Shown here piece by piece: positions 12,360 to 23,596 of a stretch of 64,000 nt of DNA. Both the position numbers and the translations under genes were made by a program. Origin of the DNA: Torpedo marmorata. Its lineage: Eukaryota. The notes below the pieces were generated by a model, which saw only the letters and a program-made list of their open reading frames with translations, had not been told where the DNA came from and ran no database searches. The stretch spans positions 94,054,001 through 94,118,000 of the forward strand of contig OZ360220.1 in assembly GCA_977017645.1 (NCBI GenBank), read 5' to 3'. Position 1 is the first letter of the stretch. Every line of letters starts with the position of its first letter.

Positions 12360-13892
12360 ATCTTTTGTACACTCTACGTGGCTTTGTCCAAAGGTTTATG
12401 ATTTCTGGTTGAAAGTTAAAAAGTTTTTAGATAAAGTATTAAAAATTACACTCCCAATGGATCCTATGATATTTTTGTTTGGAGATATTAAAATAATTAG
12501 TATTAAAATGAGATTAAATATGTATCAAATAGAATTTTTGCGAATTGCTTTAGCTGTTTCAAAGAAATGTATTGCTATTACATGGAAATCTGATGTAGAT
12601 TTAGGGTTAGAGAGATGGCATGCAGAACTTCGTTCATGTATACCACTTGAAAAAATTACTTACAATTTACGTAATAAGTATCATTTCTTTTTAAAAATTT
12701 GGAGCCCATATATGAAAGTTGTTGGTTTAAGAATTTGAAAATCTCTGGACATTTGATCTACTGGCGAACCTAACCTCCATAATAGAATTAGTTTATAGAT
12801 GTATTTTTAGATTGACATTCTCCTTATTCTATTGTTACAAAATCAAACCAGCAACGACAGAAGACGCAATGCAAAAGGGGTAAAATTGAAATTATTATTT
12901 ATTAAACACAAGTAAACATATAATTTCACAACAATTAACCCCACTATAAACGTCTATAAACTCTATTCTTATCTAAAAGGTGTATGTGTGTGTGTGAAGC
13001 CCAGACCATTACAGTCTGTGCCCAACCCTTATGTAAAAATGGAAAAACTTTCCCCAAAAACCCCAGGTCAGTCATAAAAAACAAGTCAGTCAAAAAAAGG
13101 ATAATACAGTCCACAAAATCCACTCTCTAAGTTCAGGCTTCACTTCAGCTCTGGGTCTGGTAGAAGTACTTCTGAATGAACGTTGGAGAGAGACAATGAC
13201 TGTTTATGCTTACAAATACTTGTTTTCTTCTCTGATGACGTCCCCTTCTTGTAGGTTCATAAGGATTGCAAGTTCCAGATCAGTATACCACTGATTTAGG
13301 CGTATGCTTGAATCTCACAGCTAGTCTCGCTGATCTCACGCCAGTTCTCCACAGAAGTTGCTTTTTCTCAGAATTTCTCTGAGACAGGAGGCCATGTGCT
13401 ATTCTGTCAGTCTTTCTCTGACTTTGCACACACCTGGATTTGGCTGTGTCTTGTAGCCTTGCAACTCACAACTGTGTCTGCTTTGCAGAGATCTGCCCCT
13501 GCTTTTTGCAGAAGTGAAACAAATGTATCTTGTCCAGTCTGTCTCTCTCTCTGGTCTCTCTCTGTCTGGGTACACCAAGAGTGCAACAATGTATCTTGTC
13601 TGGGTACACCAAGTAGCTGGGGAAGTTAACTCTTTCAGTACCTGGCCCCAGTGTATACTCCAAAAGACTTCATCCTTCCTGCTGACCGTCTGCAGTCCAA
13701 ATGGTCAGTCATGGTCCATAACACTATCTTTTTCCTTTTTTTAAATTTTATTAGATTAGTAGTGATGGGAGGGTTAGGGAGGTGGGGGTGGGAGGGGGGG
13801 TGAAAATATATCACAAGTATTTTGATAATTTTATAATTTTATCTTATGTATTTTGTGATTTAAATTTTTAAATAAAATATTAAAAAAAAAGA
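12360..13892 (+). mobile_element. 5'-truncated L1 3' end, split by a solo LTR
   Basis: HSTWLCPKV...KKCIAITWKS...LEKITYNLRNK matches the L1 ORF2 C-terminus; G-rich 3'UTR and AATAAA plus A-tail at ~13870-13890. Confidence 0.85.
12833..13723 (-). mobile_element. Solo LTR (891 bp)
   Basis: TGTTA...TAACA termini, 4-bp TSD CTAT (12829-12832 / 13724-13727), AATAAA on the minus strand; second copy at 38001-38860. Confidence 0.9.
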
Positions 13893-14439
13893 ATGTTATC
13901 CATGGTTCACCTGTAGAAATTTGCAAGTCTTTGGTGACATACCAAGTCTCACAAGGTAAGGAACAGCAAAGTAGGCGGTGTATACAAGAAAATCGCAGGT
14001 CCATCTCCAATAGGGCACCGTTTCCAAGTCTCAAGCTCAGCAGCAGCTGAGGAGGCACCGTTGAACTCCACTGCTCTCATTTTGGGAAGGGGTCAATGTA
14101 TAAAATAGATGGAAATTTAAACCAATGTTTCAACAGCCATTATCATGTGGTAGGATCACATGCTTCAAAGTGGACAGCAGCAGACTCATCTTTAATCTCA
14201 GTCTTCCTGTCTCCCTGCAATGAACTAAAAAATAGACACCAATGTAAATGGCAAAGAGAAACAAAAGGAAAGCTATTTTGGGGAGGGGACCAAGGGTTTA
14301 CTCTGGGTTACCTCCCTGCAGGTGGACTGGCTGCACCAAATTATCAATGACAACAATGTATCAAATTGTGATTGCCTTTTACAATCCTTGATGAGCGTCA
14401 TAGAACTATGCAGTGCAGAAACAAACGCCTTGGCACACC

Positions 14440-16690
14440 ATGTCCGACACTCAGTGTTCACTCCAAGTCCACATCCAACACTCAGTCCTCTATCCATGTC
14501 CATGTCTGACACTCAGTGCTCCCTCCATGTCCATGTCTGACACTCCGTGCTCCCTCCATGTCCATGTCTGACACTCAGTGCTCCCTCCATGTCCATGTCT
14601 GACACTCCGTGCCCCCTCCATGTCCATGTCTGACACTCAGTGCTCCCTCCATGTCCATGTCTGACACTCCGTGCCCCCTCCATGTCCATGTCTGACACTC
14701 AGTGCTCCCTCCATGTCCATGTCTGACACTCCGTGCCCCCTCCATGTCCATGTCCGACACTCAGTGCTCCCTCCATGTCCATGTCCGACACTCAGTGCTC
14801 CCTCCATGTCCATGTCTGACACTCAGTGCTCCCTCCATGTCCATGTCTGACACTCCGTGCCCCCTCCATGTCCATGTCCGACACTCAGTGCTCCCTCCAT
14901 GTCCATGTCCGACACTCAGTGCTCCCTCCATGTCCATGTCTGACACTCCGTGCCCCCTCCATGTCCATGTCCGACACTCAGTGCTCCCTCCATGTCCATG
15001 TCTGACACTCAGTGCTCCCTCCATGTCCATGTCTGACACTCCGTGCTCCCTCCATGTCCATGTCCGACACTCAGTGCTCCCTCCATGTCCATGTCCGACA
15101 CTCAGTGCTCCCTCCATGTCCATGTCTGACACTCAGTGCTCCCTCCATGTCCATGTCTGACACTCCGTGCTCCCTCCATGTCCATGTCCGACACTCAGTG
15201 CTCCCTCCATGTCCATGTCCGACACTCCGTGCCCCCTCCATGTCCATGTCTGACACTCAGTGCTCCCTCCATGTCCATGTCTGACACTCCGTGCCCCCTC
15301 CATGTCCATGTCTGACACTCAGTGCTCCCTCCATGTCCATGTCTGACACTCCGTGCCCCCTCCATGTCCATGTCTGACACTCAGTGCTCCCTCCATGTAC
15401 ATGTCTGACACTCCGTGCCCCCTCCATGTCCATGTCCGACACTCAGTGCTCCCTCCATGTACATGTCTGACACTCCGTGCCCCCTCCATGTCCATGTCTG
15501 ACACTCAGTGCTCCCTCCATGTACATGTCTGACACTCCGTGCCCCCTCCATGTCCATGTCCGACACTCCGTGCCCCCTCCATGTCCATGTCTGACACTCC
15601 GTGCCCCCTCCATGTCCATGTCTGACACTCAGTGCTCCCTCCATGTCCATGTCTGACACTCCGTGCCCCCTCCATGTCCATGTCTGACACTCAGTGCTCC
15701 CTCCATGTACATGTCTGACACTCCGTGCCCCCTCCATGTCCATGTCCGACACTCCGTGCCCCCTCCATGTCCATGTCTGACACTCCGTGCCCCCTCCATG
15801 TCCATGTCTGACACTCAGTGCTCCCTCCATGTCCATGTCTGACACTCCGTGCCCCCTCCATGTCCATGTCTGACACTCCGTGCCCCCTCCATGTCCATGT
15901 CCGACACTCAGTGCTCCCTCCATGTCCATGTCCGACACTCAGTGCTCCCTCCATGTCCATGTCTGACACTCAGTGCTCCCTCCATGTCCATGTCTGACAC
16001 TCCGTGCCCCCTCCATGTCCATGTCCGACACTCAGTGCTCCCTCCATGTCCATGTCCGACACTCAGTGCTCCCTCCATGTCCATGTCCGACACTCCGTGC
16101 CCCCTCCATGTCCATGTCTGACACTCAGTGCTCCCTCCATGTCCATGTCTGACACTCAGTGCTCCCTCCATGTCCATGTCTGACACTCAGTGCTCCCTCC
16201 ATGTCCATGTCTGACACTCCGTGCCCCCTCCATGTCCATGTCTGACACTCCGTGCCCCCTCCATGTCCATGTCTGACACTCAGTGCCCCCTCCATGTCCA
16301 TGTCTGACACTCAGTGCCCCCTCCATGTCCATGTCTGACACTCAGTGCCCCCTCCATGTCCATGTCTGACACTCCGTGCCCCCTCCATGTCCATGTCCGA
16401 CACTCAGTGCTCCCTCCATGTACATGTCTGACACTCAGTGCTCCCTCCATGTCCATGTCTGACACTCAGTGCTCCCTCCATGTCCATGTCTGACACTCAG
16501 TGCCCCCTCCATGTCCATGTCTGACACTCCGTGCCCCCTCCATGTCCATGTCCGACACTCAGTGCTCCCTCCATGTACATGTCTGACACTCAGTGCTCCC
16601 TCCATGTCCATGTCTGACACTCAGTGCTCCCTCCATGTCCATGTCTGACACTCCGTGCCCCCTCCATGTCCATGTCTGACACTCAGTGCA
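14440..16690. repeat. Homogeneous 31-bp tandem array, variant A (GACACTCAGTGCTCCCTCCATGTCCATGTCT), ~70 copies
   Basis: Direct 31-bp periodicity; ORF starts recur at multiples of 31. Confidence 0.97.
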
Positions 16691-16692
16691 CC

Positions 16693-17043
16693 TGTAACAG
16701 CACTGATCTACCACAGCTTACAAACAAATAAAGAATACACTCACTCGTTTCTTTCAGCACACCATGAAGTTGACTTTCTATATTATTCCCCCGACACAAC
16801 ATTGCATTCTTCAACTCCCCAAACACCACACAGCTAAACTCCTCTGACCTTCTCATTGGCTCACTGCCACACGGGTGATTCTGGCGCACTCACTCTCCTC
16901 CTCCTGCACCTGAGATCCATCACCCATATACTGGCGCTTAACACACCCGCGCATGCACGCTATTACTTACGCGTGTCGCATCGCTTGCGTCATCAGCGGC
17001 GGCCAGCACCGCTCCCAACGAAGGTAAGTACGTGACTGCAACA
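16693..17043. mobile_element. Probable short CpG-rich solo LTR (351 bp) inserted in the satellite
   Basis: TG...CA ends (TGTAAC...GCAACA), flanks CACC/CTCC (4-bp TSD with one mismatch); the interrupted satellite monomer resumes exactly after it. Confidence 0.6.
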
Positions 17044-17179
17044 CTCCCTCCATGTCATGTCCGACACTCAGTGTTGCCACCATGTCCATGTCAAACACTG
17101 AGTGTTCCATCCATGTCCAAGTGAAACACTGATAGTTCTCACTATGTCCCTATCAAACACTGTGTGCTATCCACCAATG

Positions 17180-18330
17180 CGGAGCGGCCATTTTTGGAGC
17201 GGTCAGTGTGTGAGTGGAGAGTCAAAGGCTTTGGTTCGAGAGGCTTTGTTGAGCACAGGCCAAGGACGTGCTACAGGTAAGGTCAGGTAAGATCTTTTTG
17301 TCATAATCTAGTGTAGGTAGTGGAGATGGCAGCGAGGGCAGCAGTATGCCCCGATTGCAGGATGTGGGAAATATGGGAGAGCACAAGTGTCACTGATGAC
17401 TACACCTGCAAGACGTGCATCCAGCTGCAGCTCCTTACAAACTGTGTTAGGGAACTGGAGTTGGAGCTTGATCAACTTCAGATCATTTGGGAGGCAGAGG
17501 GGGTGATAGACTTAGGAGAATGGGCAAAGGGGTGGCAAATAAAATACAATGTTGGAAAGTGTATGCTTAGGCACTTTGGTAGAAGGTATAAAAGGGCAGA
17601 CTATGATTTGGATGGTGAGAGAATTCAAAATGTGGATAGCAAAGGGACTTGGGAGTCCTTGTGCAGGATACCCTAAAGGTTAACCTTCAGGTTGAGTCAG
17701 TGGTGAAGAAGTTAAATGCAATGTTGGCATTCATATCTAGAGGAATAGGATACAGGGATGTGATGTTGAAGCTTGGTAAGGCTCTTGGAGTACGGAGTAC
17801 AATTCTGAGCTCCTTATTTAAGAAAAGATGTGCTGGCATTGGAGATGGATCAGAGAAGATTTTCAAGAATGATTCCTGGAATGAAGCAATACGCAGATGA
17901 GGAACATTTGACGGCTCTTGCCTGTACTCCTTGGAAATCAGAAGAAAGAGGGAGGACCTCATTGAAGCATTTTGAATGTTGAAAGGCTTGGAGAGAGTAG
18001 ATGTGGCAGTTGTTTCCCATGGTAGGGGAGTCAAGGACAAGAGGGCACAATTTCAGAATTGAAGGGCACCCATTTAAAACAGAGATGTGGAGGAATTTCT
18101 TTAGCCAGAGAGTGGTGAACGTCTGGAACTTGCTACCACGGAAGGCTGCGGAGGCCAGGTCATTGGGTGTATTTAAGGCAGAGATAGGAGGTATCTGAAT
18201 AGTCAGGATAATAAAGGTTATAAGGAAAAGGCAGATGAGTGGGAGAATGGATCAGCTCATGATGAAAAGGCAGAGCGGACTTGATCGGCCAAATGGCCTA
18301 CTTCTTCTGCTATATTGTGTGATCTTATTT
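17180..18330 (+). mobile_element. Internally deleted CR1 (5'UTR and ORF1 zinc finger/leucine zipper fused to ORF2 3' end)
   Basis: CPDCRMWE...CKTCIQLQLL...ELELELDQL directly followed by WAKGWQIKYNVGKC and the CR1 3' end. Confidence 0.85.
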
Positions 18331-18369
18331 TCTAGTTCTCTGGAACCATGCCAGAACCATGCAGGTGGA

Positions 18370-19795
18370 ACTCAGTGTTCTCACCATGTCCATGTCAGAC
18401 ACTAAGGGTTCCTGCCATGTGCATGTAAAATGCTGAGCATTCTCTGCATGTCCCTGACAAACACTGAATGTGTCCCTCCATGTCAAACACTGAGTGTTCC
18501 CACCATGTCCATGTCAAACACTGAGTGTTCCCACCATGTCCATGTCAAACACTGAGTGTTCCCACCATGTCCATGTCAAACACTGAGTGTTCCCACCACG
18601 TCCATGTCAAACACTGAGTGTTCCCACCATGTCCATGTCGAACACTGAGTGTTCCCTCCATGTCCATGTCATATACTGAGTGTTCCCACCATGTCCATGT
18701 CAAACACTGTGTTCCCACCATGTCCATGTCAAATACTGAGTGTTCCCACCATGTCCATGTCAAACACTGAGTGTTCCCACCATGTCCATGTCATACACTG
18801 AGTGTTCCCACCATGTCCATGTCAAACACTGAGTGTTCCCACCATGTCCATGTCAAACACTGAGTGTTCCCACCATGTCCATGTCATACACTGAGTGTTC
18901 CCACCATGTCCATGTCATACACTGAGTGTTCCCACCACGTCCATGTCAAACACTGAGTGTTCCCACCACGTCCATGTCAAACACTGAGTGTTCCCACCAC
19001 GTCCATGTCAAACACTGAGTGTTCCCACCACGTCCATGTCATATACTGAGTGTTCCCACCACGTCCATGTCAAACACTGAGTGTTCCCACCACGTCCATG
19101 TCAAACACAGTGTTCCCACCACGTCCATGTCATATACTGAGTGTTCCCACCACGTCCATGTCAAACACTGAGTGTTCCCACCACGTCCATGTCAAACACT
19201 GAGTGTTCCCACCACGTCCATGTCAAACACTGAGTGTTCCCACCACGTCCATGTCAAACACTGAGTGTTCCCACCACGTCCATGTCAAACACTGAGTGTT
19301 CCCACCACGTCCATGTCATACACTGAGTGTTCCCACCACGTCCATGTCAAACACTGAGTGTTCCCACCATGTCCATGTCAAACACTGAGTGTTCCCACCA
19401 CGTCCATGTCAAACACTGAGTGTTCCCACCACGTCCATGTCATATACTGAGTGTTCCCACCATGTCCATGTCTAATAGTGTTCCCACCATGTCCATGCAA
19501 AGACTGTATCGCATGCACCAGGTACATGCTAACCACTCAGTCCCCATCATGTCCATGTCACACACTGAATTTTCACAAAATGTCCATGTCAAACACTGAC
19601 TGTTCCCACCATGACTAGGTCAAACACTGGGTGTTCTCACATGTCCATGTAAAACACTGAGTATTCGCACCATGTCCATGGCAAAAACTGAGTGCTCCCA
19701 TCATGTTCATGACAAACACTGACGGTTCCAACACTGTCCCTGTCAAAAACTGTGTTCTATCTACCATGACCATGTCGAAACAGTGTAACATGCAC
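18370..19795. repeat. 31-bp satellite, variant B (AAACACTGAGTGTTCCCACCAYGTCCATGTC); homogeneous core ~18480-19470
   Basis: Direct periodicity with degenerate flanks. Confidence 0.95.
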
Positions 19796-21620
19796 CAGGA
19801 AAACGAGACAGAGAGTTAAATGTGTGGATTAACGATTGGTGTGGAAGAAGTGGGTTCCAATTCATGGGAAATTGGCACCAGTATTGGGGAAGGAAGGAAC
19901 TATTCAAAGGTGGCATGCTCCATCTGAACCGTGATGGGACCTGGATCCTAGCGAATCACATAACTCGGACTGTGGACAGGGCTTTAAACTAAATAATAGG
20001 GGGATGGGTTTAACAGATTGGAGAGGGATGGATAAAGTAACAGAGAAGAGTGTGTAAAAAGTAAAAGCAAAATTTAAAAAAAGAGAAAAATTACAATAGA
20101 GGTGATAAAAGTCAAGTGCAAAAGAGGCAAAGATTACCAGATTTTAAAAGCACATTTTTAAATTTAAATTTAGACATACAGCACAGTAACAGGCCCTTTG
20201 GCCCACGAGCCTGTGCCGCCAAATGACAGCCAATTGACCAACAACCCCCGGTATGTTTTGAAGGGTGGGAGGAAACCGGAGCCCCCGGGGAAAACCCACG
20301 CAGACACGGGGAGAACGTACAAACTCCTTACAGACAGCGCGATATTCGAACCCTGGTCCCCATCGTTGGCGCTGTAAGAGCGTTGCACTAACCGCTACGC
20401 TAACCGTGCCACCCGTACAATGGGTATAAGGGCACTTTATCTGAATCAGGTTGGTCAAGGCAACCTTAAGGAGGACTTCATAGAATGCATACATGATGGC
20501 TTTCTTGAACAGCATGTTACTGAACCTACAAGGGAGCATGCTATCTTGGATCTGCTCCTGTGCATTGAGACAGGTAAAATTAGTGATCTTGTAGTTGGGG
20601 ATCCCCTTGGAAAGAGTGATCACAGTATGAATGAGTTTATCATAAAAATGGAGGGTACAATAGTTCGGTCTAAAACAAGTGTGTTATGCCTAAACAAGGG
20701 AAACTGCAAGAGGATGAGGGTGGCTGGGGTAGACTAGGAACGTAGGCTACATGGAGGGACGGTTGAGGAACAACGGAGGACTTTCAAAGAGATTTTTCAC
20801 AGTGCTCAACAAAAGTATATTCCAGATAAAGCAAGGACAGTAAGGGTGGTGGCAGCCAGCCTTGGATAACTAAGGAGATCAAGAAAGGCATGAAACTAAA
20901 AGCTCGTGAGTTCAAAGTCTCCAAGAACAGTGGGAAACCAGAAGTTTGGGAAACCTGTAAGAAGCAACAAAGAACCACGAAGCGAGCAATAAAGAGAGGG
21001 AAGGTAGACGATGGGAAAAGATTAGCACAAAATATAAAAACGGACAGTAAAAGTTTTTATAATTATATAAAGCGCAAAAAGGGTGGCTAAAGTGAAGGTT
21101 GGACCCTTGGAAGATGAGAAGGGGAATTAATATTGGGTAATGAGGAAATGGCTGAGGCTTTGAATGACTATTTTGTGTCAGTATTCACGGTGGAGGACGC
21201 GTGGAACATGCCAAGGACAGATGTTATGGATGGGATGGGAGGTGAGGACCTGGATATAATAGCTATCATTGAAGAGGGCGTACTCAGAAAACTTGAGGGT
21301 CTAAAGATAGATAAATCCCCTGGTCCTGATGGAAGACATCCCAAGGAACTGCTAAAAATGGCAGAAGTTATAGTCGAGGCTTTTTTGATAATTTACCAAA
21401 ATTCTATGGACTCTGGGCAGGTCTTGGTAGATTGGAAAATGGCGAATGTCATGCCAGTATTCAAAAAAGGATGTAGGAAAAAGGCAGGGACCTATAGGCC
21501 AGTTCGTTTAATATCTGTAGTTGGGAAAATTCTTGAAGCTATAATTAAAGAAGAAATAACGATGCATCTGGAGCGAAAGGGATCCATCAGGCAGATGCAG
21601 CATGGATTCAGCAAAGGCAG
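19795..21620 (+). mobile_element. CR1 fragment (ORF1 end, endonuclease end, RT start)
   Basis: QHVTEPTREHAILDL...SDH, KSPGPDG.HP, YRPVRLISVVGK, QHGFSKGRS. Confidence 0.85.
20155..20412 (-). mobile_element. V-SINE copy inserted in CR1
   Basis: Reverse complement of the 1401-1670 family. Confidence 0.85.
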
Positions 21621-21622
21621 AA

Positions 21623-21750
21623 GTAAAACACAAAAATCTGTAGACACTGTGGTTGAAGTAACAACACACAATGCTGGAGAAACTCACCAGGTCAAACAGT
21701 GTCCTTTATGTAGCAAAGTTAAAAATACATGACCGACGTCATACCTTGAG
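21623..21750 (-). mobile_element. Penelope-like terminal repeat fragment
   Basis: Matches 11080-11210. Confidence 0.75.
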
Positions 21751-21754
21751 CTTT

Positions 21755-22527
21755 CCCACCCTGACAACACTGTGTTCCCACTATAACCGTGCCAACACTG
21801 AATGCTCCCATGCACCTTGCACGTATTGAATACTGAGGGCTCCCACCATGTCCATGTGAAACACCTAGTGTTCCCACCATGTCCACGTCAAACAATAGTG
21901 TTCTGCAATGTTCATGTCTAATATTGTGTGTTCCCACCTTGTCCATGTTAAACTTTGAGCATTCACCGTAGGGTCGTGTCAAACATTGAGTGCTTCCACC
22001 ATATCCATGTCAACCACTGAGTGGTTACACCACATCCACGTCAAACACTGACTGTTCCCATAATGTCCATATCAAACACTGAGTGCTCTTGCCATGTCCA
22101 TGTCAATCACTGCGTGTTCCACCATGTCCACGTCAACCATTGAGCATTTACACCATGTCCATGTCAAACACTGAGTGCTCCTACCATGTCCCCGTCAATC
22201 ACTGTGTGTTCCCACCATGTCCATGTCAAGCAGTGAGGACACTCACCATGTCCATATAAAGCACTGTGTGTTGTCACTATGTCCAGGTAAAACACAGAAC
22301 GCTCCCTCCATGTACATGTGAACACACAGAATGTTCCCACCAATACAATATTCAACACTGAATGTTCGAACCATGTCGAAGTAAAATGTTGAGCATTCCC
22401 CACCTGCCCATGTCAAACACTGAATGTTACCACCATATCCACATCAAACACTGAGTATCATCACCATAGCCATGTCAAACACAGAGTGATGCCCATGTCC
22501 TTGTCAAACATTGAATTTTCCAACCAT
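21755..22527. repeat. Degenerate 31-bp satellite block
   Basis: Diverged CCATGTCAAACACTGAGTG monomers. Confidence 0.85.
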
Positions 22528-23282
22528 GTTGTGGACAGCGAAGAAGGTTTTCAAAGCTTGCAGAGGGATCTGGACCATCTAGAAAAATGGGCTGAAAAAT
22601 GGCAGATGGAATTTAATGCAGACAAGTGTGAGGTGTTGCATTTTAGAAGGATAAACCAAGAAAGGACATACACGGTAAATGGTAGGGCACTGAGGAGTGC
22701 GGTAGAACAGAGGGATCTGGGAATACAGATACATAATTCCCTGAAAGTGGCGTCACAGGTGGATAGGTTTGTAAAGAGAGCTTTTGGCATATTGGCCTTT
22801 ATAAATCAAAGTATTGAGTATAGGAGTTGGAATGTTATGATAAAGTTGTACAAGACATTGGTGAGGCCAATTTTGAAGTATTGTGTGCAGTTTTGGTCAC
22901 CGAACTACAGGAAAGATATCAAAAAGATAGAAAGACTGCAGAGAATGTTTACTAGGATGTTGCCCGGACTTCAGGAACTGAGTTACAGGGAAAGGTTAAA
23001 CAGGTTAGGACTTTATTCCCTGGAACATAAAAGAATGAGGGGAGATTTGATAGAGGTATTTAAAATTATGAGGGGGATAGACAGAGTAAATGTAGGTAGG
23101 ATTTTTTTCCACTGAGGGGAGGTGAGAAACAAACCAGAGGACATGGGTTAAGAGTGAAAGGGGAAAGGTTTAGGGGGAACGTGAAGGGGAACATCTTCTC
23201 ACAGAGAGTGGTGGAAGTGTGGAACGAGCTCCCGGCTGAAGTGGTGAATGCGGGCTCAATTTTAACATTTAAAAAGAATTTT
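22528..23282 (+). mobile_element. CR1 ORF2 3' region
   Basis: LQRDLDHLEKWAEKWQMEFNADKC...LVRPILKYCVQFWSP. Confidence 0.9.
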
Positions 23283-23295
23283 CATCGGTATTCAC

Positions 23296-23596
23296 TCAGG
23301 AAACAGGCACAGAGTCGTGGGAAGTAAGGAAAACAAGCAGTGAAGTCATGGAACCTGTACTTATTAAAGAGGAGGAAGTGCTTGCTGTCTTAAAGCAAAT
23401 AAGGGTGGAGAAATCCCCAGGGCCTGACAAGGTATTCCCTCGGACCTTGAGGGAGGCTAGTGTAGAAATTGCAGGGGCTCTGGCAGAAATATTTAAAATC
23501 TCCTTAGCCACGGGTGTGGTGCCGGAGGATTGGAGGGTAGCTCACGTTGTTCCGTTGTTTAAAAAAGGCTCCAAAAGTAACCCTGGAAATTATAGG
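23296..23596 (+). mobile_element. CR1 RT fragment, left half (continues at 32060)
   Basis: KSPGPD..FPR...PLFKKGSKSNPGNYR continuing as PVNLTSVVGKLLE after the L1. Confidence 0.9.

Noticed and set aside
14440-16690. CRISPR-like or protein-coding reading of the 31-bp array (MSDMDMEG.../HVHV ORFs)
   Set aside because: Head-to-tail monomers with no unique spacers and no cas genes; period not divisible by 3; ORFs are artefacts of the repeat.
18480-19470. p53 response elements or RAG RSS in the satellite
   Set aside because: CATG cores lack the RRR flank of RRRCWWGYYY; heptamer-like sites have no nonamer at 12/23 spacing.
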